Assembly (NCBI GenBank): GCA_002269645.1 | Contig: NIVC01001611.1 | Span: 186,001-250,000, forward strand | Source of the DNA: Macrostomum lignano | Lineage: Eukaryota | Direction of reading: 5' to 3' | DNA length: 64,000 nucleotides | Notes under the pieces: generated by a model | What the model saw: only the letters and a program-made list of their open reading frames with translations | Told to the model about the DNA's origin: nothing | Database searches by the model: none | Shown: positions 1-11,050 of the stretch, one piece after another | Layout of the letters: every line of letters begins with the position of its first letter | Numbering within the stretch: position 1 is the stretch's first letter | Made by a program: the position numbers and the translations under genes

Positions 1-53
1 TGCGATAACTGGCGAATAGGAAAGAAAACAGTACGATTTAAAGCAATGATTGT

Positions 54-787
54 GCTGCCTGCCGCCTCCCCCAACAGCTCCGCTGCCTGCCGCCTCCCCC
101 AACAGCTCCGCTGCCTGCCGCCTCCCCCAACAGCTCCGCTGCCTGCCGCCTCCCCCAACAGCTCCGCTGCCTGCCGCCTCCCCCAACAGCTCCGCTGCCT
201 GCCGCCTCCCCCAACAGCTCCGCTGCCTGCCGCCTCCCCCAACAGCTCCGCTGCCTGCCGCCTCCCCCAACAGCTCCGCTGCCTGCCGCCTCCCCCAACA
301 GCTCCGCTGCCTGCCGCCTCCCCCAACAGCTCCGCTGCCTGCCGCCTCCCCCAACAGCTCCGCTGCCTGCCGCCTCCCCCAACAGCTCCGCTGCCTGCCG
401 CCTCCCCCAACAGCTCCGCTGCCTGCCGCCTCCCCCAACAGCTCCGCTGCCTGCCGCCTCCCCCAACAGCTCCGCTGCCTGCCGCCTCCCCCAACAGCTC
501 CGCTGCCTGCCGCCTCCCCCAACAGCTCCGCTGCCTGCCGCCTCCCCCAACAGCTCCGCTGCCTGCCGCCTCTCCCCTAACAGTTCCGCTGCCTGCCGCC
601 TCCCCCAACAGCTCCGCTGCCTGCCGCCTCCCCCAACAGCTCCGCTGCCTGCCGCCTCCCCCAACAGTTCCGCTGCCTGCCGCCTCCCCCAACAGCTCCG
701 CTGCCTGCCGCCTCCCCCAACAGTTCCGCTGCCTGCCGCCTCCCCCAACAGTTCCGCTGCCTGCCGCCTCCCCCACAGCTCCGCCTC
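54..787. repeat. 28-bp minisatellite (GCTGCCTGCCGCCTCCCCCAACAGCTCC)n, about 26 copies
   Basis: Near-perfect tandem unit read directly. It explains ORFs 38..907, 46..801 and 50..580. Confidence 0.97.
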
Positions 788-1689
788 TATCAGGATTTTA
801 GGGAATTTACCACCAATTCGTCTGATCTGGTGCACGTTGTACACCGACAAAATAATGGTTAAACACAGCGTGCAAGCTTCAAGACAGGGACATGCAGTTA
901 TTAACAAATCATTCTCTAGGAAGCTTGATCGTCACAAATAATTGGCACCAGACGTATTGCTTTCGACGATGTAAACGAGACTTGCGCCAATTCAAATGGG
1001 ACGCCATATGTTTCTCAAACAACATCTGCGAAGCGAAGTCACAGGGTTTTTATGAGTATTGCAAGACACAGCAGTGGCAGAAAGGAATATTAACGTGAAG
1101 GTTGTGAAGTGAGTTGTTTTTTTATTCAGGCTAGTATTTTGCGTTGGTTTAGCTTAAGCCTGTAGCTCTAGATTCCTTGGTTCTATGAGTGATCCAAAGA
1201 TCAAATACTAAGTTTGCTGCTCAATCTGCTTTCCGTATACCTTGCTTGAGAAGCATATGGATCAGTGAGGAGTCTGACTAGGCTCGTTTAGATCGTCAAA
1301 AGCAATACTACAGCATGGCATTTCAATGTATTTCAAGCGATTCAAACGGCCATTACGCTAGTAGCATTCAACAGCAGATTGGTTTCGGCGCCACGAAATG
1401 TAAAATTATTGGCGCAATGTTACGTCAGTACATGCGGAAGTACTATATACTCGTAGCTGTAATGCAGAACAGCGGCAGTAGCTAAATATTGACATCCAAA
1501 CTGGAATATAACTGGAATAATATTACACGCAATAAATAGCATTGACACCAAACGGTAGAAAAGAAAAACACAAGAAAAGTGCACGGAATTAAAAGTAAAG
1601 AGTTCGCAAATGGTTGGTTCGGGCAAATTATTCTGAAGAGACAACAGCAACAACAAGGCAAACCGCCGGGGAACAGAGTACACTTCACA

Positions 1690-2450
1690 ATGGGAGGCGG
1701 TGCCAGATCGGTTTTCTCAGTGCGAGCTCTCTGAAGGCGGCAACAGCGTGCGCCTGGCCGATCACCCAGCGTCATCCAGCAGGCAATCCGCGTAGCGGTT
1801 GCACTGGTTGAGAACAGTAGGCCTCCGCCGGATGGTGTGGCCCGCCAGTTGAAGTCTTCGCCTGCGGAGGGTCTCGCTAGGTCGTCGCAGCAGTCTGGCA
1901 GCGCGGCGTTCTGCAGGACAACTCGGATGGAGCGGAAGGCCGCCCAGGCCAGGCCCCTGCGTTGCGCCAAGTCCTCCTGGACACTGGGCGCAAGACTGCC
2001 GAGGTACGTGAAGGGCGAGCAGCGAGGTAGAGCCGCTGCACGATCGTCGGGCGTCCCAGCAGGTGATTTTGATAGGCAGCTCCGCAGGTACAGTCATCAC
2101 CTCCGTCTTCTCGATGTTCACCGCTAGCCCGACCGATGCCGCAGCTGCTACCAGGCTATGTAGCATGCGCTGGGCTCCCTCAGCCGTAGAGGCAAGCCCA
2201 GGAGCGTAACCCAGGAGCGACAGCCGCTTCTCCAGCTGGCGGCTGCTTGTTTGCAGGCACAGTAGAAAGCCGTCCTCGTCTGTTGGCAGGGCCCTCCGTA
2301 GCACCCCATCGAGCACCAACACGAAAAGGTAGGCCGCAAGCGTGTCGCCTTGCAGCACCCTGAGGTGGTGTTGAACAGGTCAGACAGTACGTCAGGTGCC
2401 ACTACGGCGGCGGTAGAGAAATTATGGTTGCTGCGACAAGTCGCTACGGC
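1690..2450 (-). mobile_element. 5'-truncated, frameshifted non-LTR retrotransposon (RTE-like) ORF2 fragment
   Basis: Minus strand reads across frameshifts as TTSG(V)LQGDTLAAYLFVLVLD (RT QGD motif), then LSLLGYA with the YADD catalytic motif destroyed, GLAVNIEKTEVM, and the C-terminal RRRRLQLAGH...RYADCLLDDAG. Confidence 0.85.
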
Positions 2451-2844
2451 ACGTAGAATGACCACAAGACCGGTGAGAGGACATTCTGAAGAGAGGAAGG
2501 AAATAAAATTCTTCTTCACTTCTTCTGAAAAGAATAGTTAAAGTTTAATTAACAGAGCAACGAGGTGATGCTGGAAAGGAGAAGAGGGTGGGGTCTGAAG
2601 GGAGGAGACGGTGGGGTCTGAAGGGGGAGGGGGGAAAACATTTACCTATTTAATAACCCACAAAGTGTGCCCACAACGCTTATTAGCATGTGCAGACTCA
2701 GGCAGTAATCAGCCAAAATATTTTATGGCATGTAGCATAGAACACATTCCATATAGACATACTCTCAGTCGCATACCATGCTGCACCATACATTACAAAG
2801 CACCCGTCCTGGAATAATGTTTGGGTTTCTGCCTGAGGAGCAAA

Positions 2845-4600
2845 GGCAGAGGAGCAGGGGTAAAAGTACAGGGGCAGGGGAGCAGGGGTAAAAGTACAGG
2901 GGCAGGGGAGCAGGGGCAGAAGAGCAGGGGCAGAAGAGCTGGGGCAGAAGAGCAGGGGCAGGGGCAGAAGAGCAGAGCAGAAGCAGAGTAGTAGGACAGA
3001 GAAGCAGGGATAGAAGAGCAGGGGCAGAGGAGCAGGGGCAGAGGAGCAGGGGCAGGGGCAGAGGAGCAGGGCAGAGGAGCAGGGCAGAGAAGCAGGGGCA
3101 GGGGCAGGGGCAGAGGAGCAGGGGTAAAAGAGCAGGGGCAGCGGAGCAGGGGCAGAGGAGCAGGGGCAGGGGCAGAGGAGCAGGGCAGAGGAGCAGGGCA
3201 GAGAAGCAGGGGCAGGGCAGAGAAGCAGGGGCAGGGCAGAGAAGCAGGGGCAGGGGCAGAGGAGCAGGGGTAAAAGAGCAGGGGCAGCGGAGCAGGGGCA
3301 GAGGAGCAGGGGCAGGTGCAGAGAAGCAGGGGCAGGGGCAGAGGAGCAGGGGCAGGTGCAGAGGAGCAGGGGCAGGGGCAGAGGAGCAGGGGCAGAAGCA
3401 GAGAAGTAGGGCAGAGAAGCAGGGATAGAAGAGCAGGGGCAGAAGAGCAGGGGCAGGGACAGAAGAGCAGGGGCAGAGAAGCAGGGGCAGGGGCAGAGGA
3501 GCAGGGGCAGGGGCAGAGGAGCAGGGGCAGGTGCAGAGGAGCAGGGGCAGGGGCAGAGGAGCAGGGGCAAGGGCAGAGGAACAGGGGCAGGGGCAGAGGA
3601 GCAGGGGCAGAAGCAGAGAAGTAGGGCAGAGAAGCAGGGATAGAAGAGCAGGGGCAGAGGAGCAGGGGCAGGAGCAGAGGAGCAGGGGCAGAGAAGCAGG
3701 GGCAGAGAAGCAGGGGTGAAAGAGCAGGGGTAGAAGAGCAAGGGCAGAAGAGCAGGGGCAGGGGCAAAGAAGCAGGGGCAGAGAAGCAGGGGTAAAAGAG
3801 CAGGGATAGAAGAGCAGGGGCAGAAGAGCAGGGGCAGGGGCAGAAGAGCAGGGGCAGAAGTAGAGAAGTAAGACAAAGAAGCAGGGATAGAAGAGCAGGG
3901 GCAGAGAAGCAGGGGCAGGGGCAGGGGCAGAGGAGCAGGGGTAAAAGAGCAGGGGCAGCGGAGCAGGGGCAGAGGAGCAGGGGCAGGTGCAGAGGAGCAG
4001 GGGCAGGGGCAGAGGAGCAGGGGCAGGTGCAGAGGAGCAGGGGCAGGGGCAGAGGAGCAGGGGCAGGTGCAGAGGAGCAGGGGCAGGGGCAGAGGAGCAG
4101 GGGCAGAAGCAGAGAAGTAGGGCAGAGAAGCAGGGATAGAAGAGCAGGGGCAGAAGAGCAGGGGCAGGGGCAGAAGAGCAGAGCAGAAGCAGAGAAGTAG
4201 GACAGAGAAGCAGGGATAGAAGAGCAGGGGCAGAGGAGCAGGGGCAGAGGAGCAGGGGCAGAGGAGCAGGGGCAGGGGCAGAGGAGCAGGGCAGAGGAGC
4301 AGGGCAGAGAAGCAGGGGCAGGGCAGAGAAGCAGGGGCAGGGGCAGGGGCAGAGGAGCAGGGGCAGAAGTAGAGAAGTAAGACAAAGAAGCAGGGATAGA
4401 AGAGCAGGGGCAGAGAAGCAGGGGCAGGGGCAGAGGAGCAGGGCAGAGAAGCAGGGGTAGGGGCAGAGGAGCAGGGGCAGGAGCAGGGAAGCAGGGGTAG
4501 AAGAGCAGGGGCAGAGGAGTAAGCGCAGGGGCAGAAAAGCAGGGGTAAGGGCAGAGGAGCAGGGGCAAAGGAGCAAGGACAAAGAAACAGGGGCAAAGGG
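2845..4600. repeat. Purine-rich G-tract minisatellite built from GGGGCA / GAGGAGCA / GAGAAGCA modules
   Basis: About 1.75 kb of variant 6-, 8- and 14-bp modules. It explains the 632-688 aa Pro/Cys/Leu ORFs. Confidence 0.95.
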
Positions 4601-5062
4601 CAGATAAAAAGGGGTGGAATAGCTGAGGCAGAGTAGCAGGGGGCAGAGAAGCAAGGACAAGGAGTAAAGCAGTAGTCGCAAAGCTACCAAAGATAAAAAA
4701 GTAGGGATAGAAGAATATAGGATAGAGCAAGGCCATAGCCAAAATAGAAAAATAAAGTTGCAACAAGAATAGGTAACAATAAGGCAATACAGCATAGGGT
4801 AAAGCAGCATAGGTTTGCAGATAGGAGGCATAGAAGCAAGAAAATATAATAACCAATAGAAAAATTATGACATGGTGCCCACTTATGTCTAAGTCATTTA
4901 GGTGCCCCTTACTACTGTTCTAGCTCTAATTCCCCCTAATGGAAAATCCTAGATCTGCCACTGAGCCATAGTCCCGGCATAGAGTATAGTTGATTAAAGA
5001 GAAAGGAGAATATTTAATAGCCAACAAGCCTAAATTATCAATATAAAAAATAAAATGTTGAA

Positions 5063-5456
5063 CGAAGAGCTTGCGTGCACGGCAGCCGTTCACGTAAGCT
5101 CAGAATTGCGTGTACGGCGGCTATCTACCTAGTGCTTTATTTGCATGTATGCAGCCGTACACCTAGTGTTGTAATTGCGTGCATGGCAGCCGGCAATTGG
5201 CCGGGACTGGGGCCCTTAAATCCACGCATTGGCATTGGCAAACCTAATTAAAAAATATTTTTACTATATTGTTTTATAATGTTTTATCCCCCGTACACCA
5301 TGGACTGCAAATGTAATCTTAATTCATTGTTTTTTTGTTAACTTGAATATTAATTCGAATAGTATATGACTTACTGTATAAGCCTATAAGATATAGCTCT
5401 GCCGTGCACGCAATTCTGAGCTTACGTGAACGGCGGCCGTGCACGCAAGCTCTTCG
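5063..5456. mobile_element. MITE with ~56-bp TIRs and perfect 9-bp TSD (AATGTTGAA), MULE-like
   Basis: Left arm CGAAGAGCTTGCGTGCACGGCAGCCGTTCACGTAAGCTCAGAATTGCGTGTACGGC (5063-5118) is the reverse complement of 5401-5456 with 2 mismatches. AATGTTGAA flanks at 5054-5062 and 5457-5465. The superfamily is inferred from TSD length only. Confidence 0.85.
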
Positions 5457-5839
5457 AATGTTGAAATACATCATTGCCCAAGCCAAAGCACTTGAATAAA
5501 ATTTATTAGACTCATATACTATAAAAAAATTTGGCATTCAATATTAATGAATGAAATAAAAGTGTGCAAATAGCAATACAATAGATCATTATAGATGCCG
5601 ATCAAGATAAAATCCAATGGACAAATGCACCATTCGTCCTTTCTCAATCAATATTTCTCAATCAGTATTTCAATCACCCTTGCTTTACAAATACGATATA
5701 GTTTAGACCTATGATATTTCAACAGTAACTAGTTTCGGTAAGTCGAATTTGCAATGGGATTTATACAAGAGTTTTATATCAACACATATTCACTGTATAT
5801 GGGAAGGGAAGGGTTCGTTGTAAATCGAACGTTTCCTGC

Positions 5840-5840
<1 letters not shown>

Positions 5841-5870
<30 letters not shown>

Positions 5871-6940
5871 AGTTGGCTCAGGCAAGAAGCCTGTTTGGCC
5901 AATATATTTCTATGTATTTAAGATTGCTTCAGGAATAGGAGACAATATTTTAGCACTAGTTATTTAATTATGATTAGTACGAGTTTTGCAAAATGGTATT
6001 TGAAAGAACGCGGAAAAGTTATTAACGATACTTGGACGACTAACGAAGCGAAAGAAAAAGCAAGGAGTTAAAAAAAGTATTGCAGTTAATAAAAGTAAAA
6101 ACGAAAGAAAAATGAACAAAAACGAACTTCGAAGGGACTTTACGTTAAGCGAATGACGACGATTTAAATAGGTATTAGATAGGAAACTAATTAAATACTA
6201 ATTAAGTGCTAATTAAGTAGGAAATTAAAAATGGGAAAGGCGGATTTATTTCACTGCTGATATGTCTGTTTCAGTTTGCATAACTGTTTTAGCTATTCAT
6301 GACTTCATATATTTTAGCTACACCAGTGAGCTCTTTTCTGACTCTTTTTTCATTTGTAGCATATCCTAACTTGTGTACTTGCTTGTCATTTAGGAGGTAC
6401 TGACAGAAGTATTTTTTTCTGAACTTTTCGGTTTGTGGACATTCGGTCAAGTAGTGTAGGATATCGGAACCATTTCTCGCTCCACACAGTCTACATGGTT
6501 CATGAGAGAAAATGTTGGGTGTAATTTCGCATTTCAGTTTTAGGAGGGTTGTTAGGAATTTTTTGTTTCTAAAAGTGTATGGAAAGTAATCTGAAAGGTC
6601 AGGCCTGCAGATTTTTTTGTAGAGATAGGCGTTTTTATAGAGTTTAATATGTTGCTGATTCTCTAGCTTTTGGCTAAGTTCTCTTTCTCTGTGTATCTTG
6701 AGGTGCTTTTTCACTAGGTATTTCTCGTTATTAAAGCTTTGGGAAAGTTTATCTTCAGTTAGTGCTTTTAAGTCTATACTTTCCAGTTTCTTTAGTATAT
6801 TTGTTTTCCATGGATTTTTTTGGCTGGTGTTTGAGTAGAAAATTTCTAGTGTCGTTTGGCAAAGTTTTTGATGTCTAATCTTCAGCCAGTAGGTAAGATG
6901 AAATATTTGCAAACGAAGTTGAAATATTTTTTAAATGACC
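5841..6940 (-). mobile_element. 3' end of a LINE (ORF2 C-terminus with CCHC-type zinc motif, 3' UTR, (TAC)n tail)
   Basis: ORF 6289..6912 contains LTYWLKI...CRLCGARNGSDILHYLTECP, a typical ORF2 C-terminal Cys/His motif. No RT core lies upstream (5' truncation). (TAC)10 follows on the same strand at 5841-5870. Confidence 0.65.
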
Positions 6941-7483
6941 GACCATTATTAACAAATCTTTAATTTCTGAAAACAGGCACATTTAAAACAAAACGTCTTT
7001 TTCGTCTCTCATCATCGAGCATCGCATTCCCACAATTTAATGTATTTGTGAAAGCTGCGCTTTTCCCAGGCACCTCACATCATTAAAGCGCGAAAGCGCA
7101 GCTTTTAACAGGCTAGCCTGGACTTTTTTAAAGCTTTTTTCCAGCCTAGCCTATTGCCGTCGGGTGAGAGCAAAATGAATGTAGCAAAACTCACTGTACT
7201 GTGTACAAAAATAAAAGAATACTTTATAGTCAGTCAGATCGCTGAGAAGGACTAAATCATGAGCAAGATGTTGAATCTGATCATTGTATTTTGCTTTTAC
7301 TATGAAATAAAGCAGATCCGAGAAGCAGAAAGCAGAAATCCGAAAGCAGAGACGAGATCATAACTAAAGATTTTAGAAAGTATAAAAATGAGACTGCAGA
7401 GCATATACTGCTTTTTGGTGACAAAATAGCAAATTTTAAATATAGAATATCGAGAAAAATTTCAAGAAAAAAATCCTTCCTCA

Positions 7484-7552
7484 AAATGGAATCAAACCCA
7501 AGGACTTCTGGACATAGCTAGTCTAGAAGTCCTTGCTTCTACTACGCCAAGA
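7484..7552 (-). other. Degenerate tRNA-like / Pol III A-B box sequence (possible SINE head)
   Basis: Minus strand: TGGCGTAGTAG (A-box-like), a 14-bp stem AAGGACTTCTAGAC/GTCCAGAAGTCCTT, then GGTTTGATTCC (B-box with C>T). Not a canonical cloverleaf. Confidence 0.35.
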
Positions 7553-8700
7553 AGTAAAATCCGCTATGATAACCCAAAACATTTTGAGAAAAGGGGACAT
7601 TTTTTAGGAAATTGGTGCAAATTGGGACTGCCAGAGCAGAAATACGTAAATGAAAGTACAAGGAATCTTCTCATCTCAGCTATTTCTACCTTAGTTATTC
7701 TTGCTGCACAAAATGATACTACGTATATGCATTTAAAGAAGCATAAATATTGCTATACAACAGAATAAATTCAAGTTAAAAGGCTTAGATCGAACACAGG
7801 TCGCTTATGTGTATCCATAAACATAACCTTCATAAAAACTTTTCCGACTTGAAGTCTCGTTTACGCTATCCAGTTACAACAAAGCAGAATGTAATTTTGT
7901 AGGCTTTTGATTTTTAAGTCCGTAAAAGTACGAGTAGCTAAAGAGAAAAGTTAAGTTTCTAGTTAGAAAAAAAGATTTTTTTCTTAATAAGATAAAAATT
8001 TGAATAGAAAACTCATGAAGATTTTTCGCTTGCTGCAGAAGTTTGTTCATGGAACTTCATGCACATTCATTAGGCCTATTCATATGCTTATTTGCTAAAA
8101 ATATTAAATTGAATTACAAGTTTGTATTACAAACAATTCAAAGCATTCATTTGCACTAATACTAGAATAAAAAATTTCTTCAAATTCACTATTCATACTT
8201 GCTTTGTGATTGTGATTGTTACTTTTAAATATACTAAATAACTAATACTAGGCAGCTAGGCCTAGCATAAATCACACCTAAACTCTATCTTTTTAGTTTA
8301 GTTAGTTAAGTATAGTTAAGTTAGTTTAGTATAGTATTATATTAGTTTAGTAATAAGTATAACAATGTATCAATAGGTTGCAATGTATCAATACTAGTGA
8401 TACATGTGATATAACTATACTAAAATTGAATAGACTTAAAAATGAAAAAATTGGCACCAAATTTGTACTTGTAATGCATGCAAACAATCTTAATTGGCAA
8501 AGTAAAAATAAAAGTCAAAGATGCAAATAGACTAATAAAAGTCAAAGATGCAAGTAGATTATAGATAGATGTAGATAAAGGCATTTTCAATTTTTTAGTG
8601 TGATTAAATTGAAAACAGAAAATATAAAATTATAGTAAAGCTCAGCTACATTCAATCTGTCTAATATCAATATCTAGATGATCTGTTTTCACTGAATATG

Positions 8701-9065
8701 ATACAGCTTAATTCTCAACTCAACCAATAGTGGCATATAGCCACAGGCCCCTAAGTAGCCTTAACTGGATATAATACAGCTAAACTAGCAGTGCCATGCA
8801 GCTACAGGCCCCTAAGTAGCCTTAACTGGATATAATACAGCTTAACTAGCAGTGACATGTAGCCACAGGCCCCTAAGTAGCTTTAACTGAATAATACAGC
8901 TCAACTAGCAGTGGCATATAGCCACAGGCCTCTAAGTAGCCTTAACTGAATATAATACAGTTAAACTAGCAGTGGCATGCAGCCACAGGCCTCTAAGTAG
9001 CCTTAACTGAATATAATATAACTAAACTAGCAGTGGCATGCAGCCACATGCCTCTAAGTAGCCTT
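8701..9065. repeat. ~61-bp minisatellite, about 6 copies
   Basis: Unit ATACAGCTAAACTAGCAGTGGCATGCAGCCACAGGCCCCTAAGTAGCCTTAACTGGATATA with variants. Confidence 0.9.
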
Positions 9066-9179
9066 CTTACTTATTCAAGTCAAACTATATTCTATAGCCT
9101 AGAGCAACAATATCATCTCTCATGCAGCAATGAGCTGACAACAACAGAAAACAAGTGCTAAAGTATAATAAAATCTATT

Positions 9180-11050
9180 TCAGCCAAACACAACCTTCAG
9201 ATTTCAGTTGTTCCAGCACCTCTTGCTTCTGCTTATTTGATCCAAGAGACAAAAATGTAACCGGGTGCAACATCAGCCACTCGCGACTGATCCATTCCAA
9301 TACAGTTGTGGGTATAGCAGCAAGAGTATGCAGTAAATGCCATGCCAAGTGGGTGCATAGCTCTAGTGTGCTAGTTAGTTAAAGTTTGCCTTGCATGCAC
9401 TACTATTCCATCAACATGTACAAGCTCTCCATAATGGCCTCAGGGCAGCCCTTGGCAAAGGCCCAATCTAAGAGTGCACAGTGGCTTGCCAAATCGTGTG
9501 TATAGTTAATTGTTGTTGTACATAGCTCTTATAAATGCCTGTTCCTATACTTTCAGTTTAACAGGTCCTTGTCCAAAGTTAATTGCAAATTCTTCTGATA
9601 CTTTCGTTAATGCCAGCATCAGCACTTAGTTGTTTTGCACAGTGTCACCAAAAAGCACTTGCAATAGTAGGCCCAGGTGCTATCTTTACCCTAATCTATT
9701 TGAACATGTGTGCAGACATATATGCCTAACACCCTCCAACCCATCTGAACCAGACAGGTGAAATGGCCACTGGCCAAGGTAAGTTGCAAAACCAAAAATG
9801 CAAAAAAAACAAAAAAATTAGGGGAAGAAAGAAAAAAGAGGAAGATAAAAGAAAAATAAAGGAAGGAGGAAAAGAGAGAGGGGAAAGAAGAGAGAGAAAG
9901 AGAAGAAAAGAGTAAAAGGCAATGCAAGAAGTCATACAAAGTGAAAATTAAGTCTCAAACAAAAGGAACTAAGTTGCCCTGGATGGGTGAAATTTTGAGG
10001 TTGGGCATATGTGTACAGATCAACTGGTTGCAAGTTGGCTAAATCAAGCAGCTTCAACCATAGACCACAAAGTGTGCTTTGTGCTGCAAAAACACTGTGG
10101 TGCTAGAAGAACCACAATAAGATGACTGCATATATAACCAGCAAGGCCAAATGCTGATGACAGAAGATTATTAAAACTCAGGATGGAATGGAATGTTCAT
10201 ACACTAAGATGGTCACCTAAGGCTATCATCAACTCAATGCCTGCTGACAAGGCCAATTTAAGTGTGGATCTGATATTGCGACTAGCATGCCTAATCTCTA
10301 ATTCAGAATCCAACTCTGAGTCACTGCTCAAGTCACTGTCACTGTCACTAATATGCTGGCACCTATAGTCCAAAATACACCAAGAAACAGTGGTGGTTAT
10401 GGCCAAATCAACGTCATTGTAGACACCCTGCTGTAGGTCAGTTAGGTTGGTAAACAGCAATGGCAGATGCTGCTGGATATTGTGATTTGCTGCAGTAGTT
10501 GATGCAAATGAATCAAGCTCTCTATCCATGTTCACGAGCTTGTATAATTGAGATAAAGCCATTTTTTGCTCTAGCTCTATAGACAGCCTTAAGATATCCT
10601 CGACCATGCTCCAGTCAGGCAGCTATAGATCCTGGCAGCATAGCAGAATGATTTCATCACTTCACTGAAGATCAGCAACTCAGTAACAAAAACCATGGAT
10701 TGTAGGTAGGCTACAACTCTGCAGTCTTTGCCAGACTGAGGCGTCTTATTTAGTGTTATCAGCCTAATTTGGAGCTCCGTTACAGTAGCCTGCACCATGG
10801 TAAAGCTTGATAAGACAAAACATGTTTTGCTGAAAGCTTTTATCTTTCTAGTGCACCTGTCATGAATTTGTTTACCAACTTTTAAATGTTTGAATTGCCA
10901 AAAGCCCCTGCCTTTAGTGCATTGTCTGTAGGTTTCAAGGCAATCAGAAGACAAAATCAGTCCACCACCTTCTAGTGGATCTACTTGCACTCATTTTTGG
11001 TTTTTGAGCAGCCATGTGTAGCACAAAGTGTAGCACAAAATTGCAGGTGC
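9180..11050 (-). pseudogene. Decayed DNA-transposase relic, probably hAT/ZNF862-like
   Basis: Broken minus-strand frames with coding-like composition: FSKTCFVLSS (resembles the hAT TRW/TRF motif), YLQSMVFVTELLIFSEVMK, and CALLDWAFAKGCPEAIMESLYMLME**. Many stops and frameshifts and strong CpG loss. The family call is from motif memory, not a search. Confidence 0.4.

Noticed and set aside
1-865. Possible spliced plus-strand terminal exon (donor at 31, acceptor at 793) giving CDNWRIGKKT-DFREFTTNSSDLVHVVHRQNNG*
   Set aside because: The splice signals are plausible but the donor is weak and the peptide unrecognisable. Not supportable without upstream sequence or RNA data.
38-907. Long ORFs (289, 251, 176 aa) over the first array
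   Set aside because: They are translations of a stop-free 28-bp tandem repeat with no domain content.
2698-4856. 632-688 aa Pro/Cys/Leu ORFs resembling keratin-associated or adhesive proteins
   Set aside because: All three minus frames are open, which is the signature of a low-complexity repeat rather than selection on one frame.
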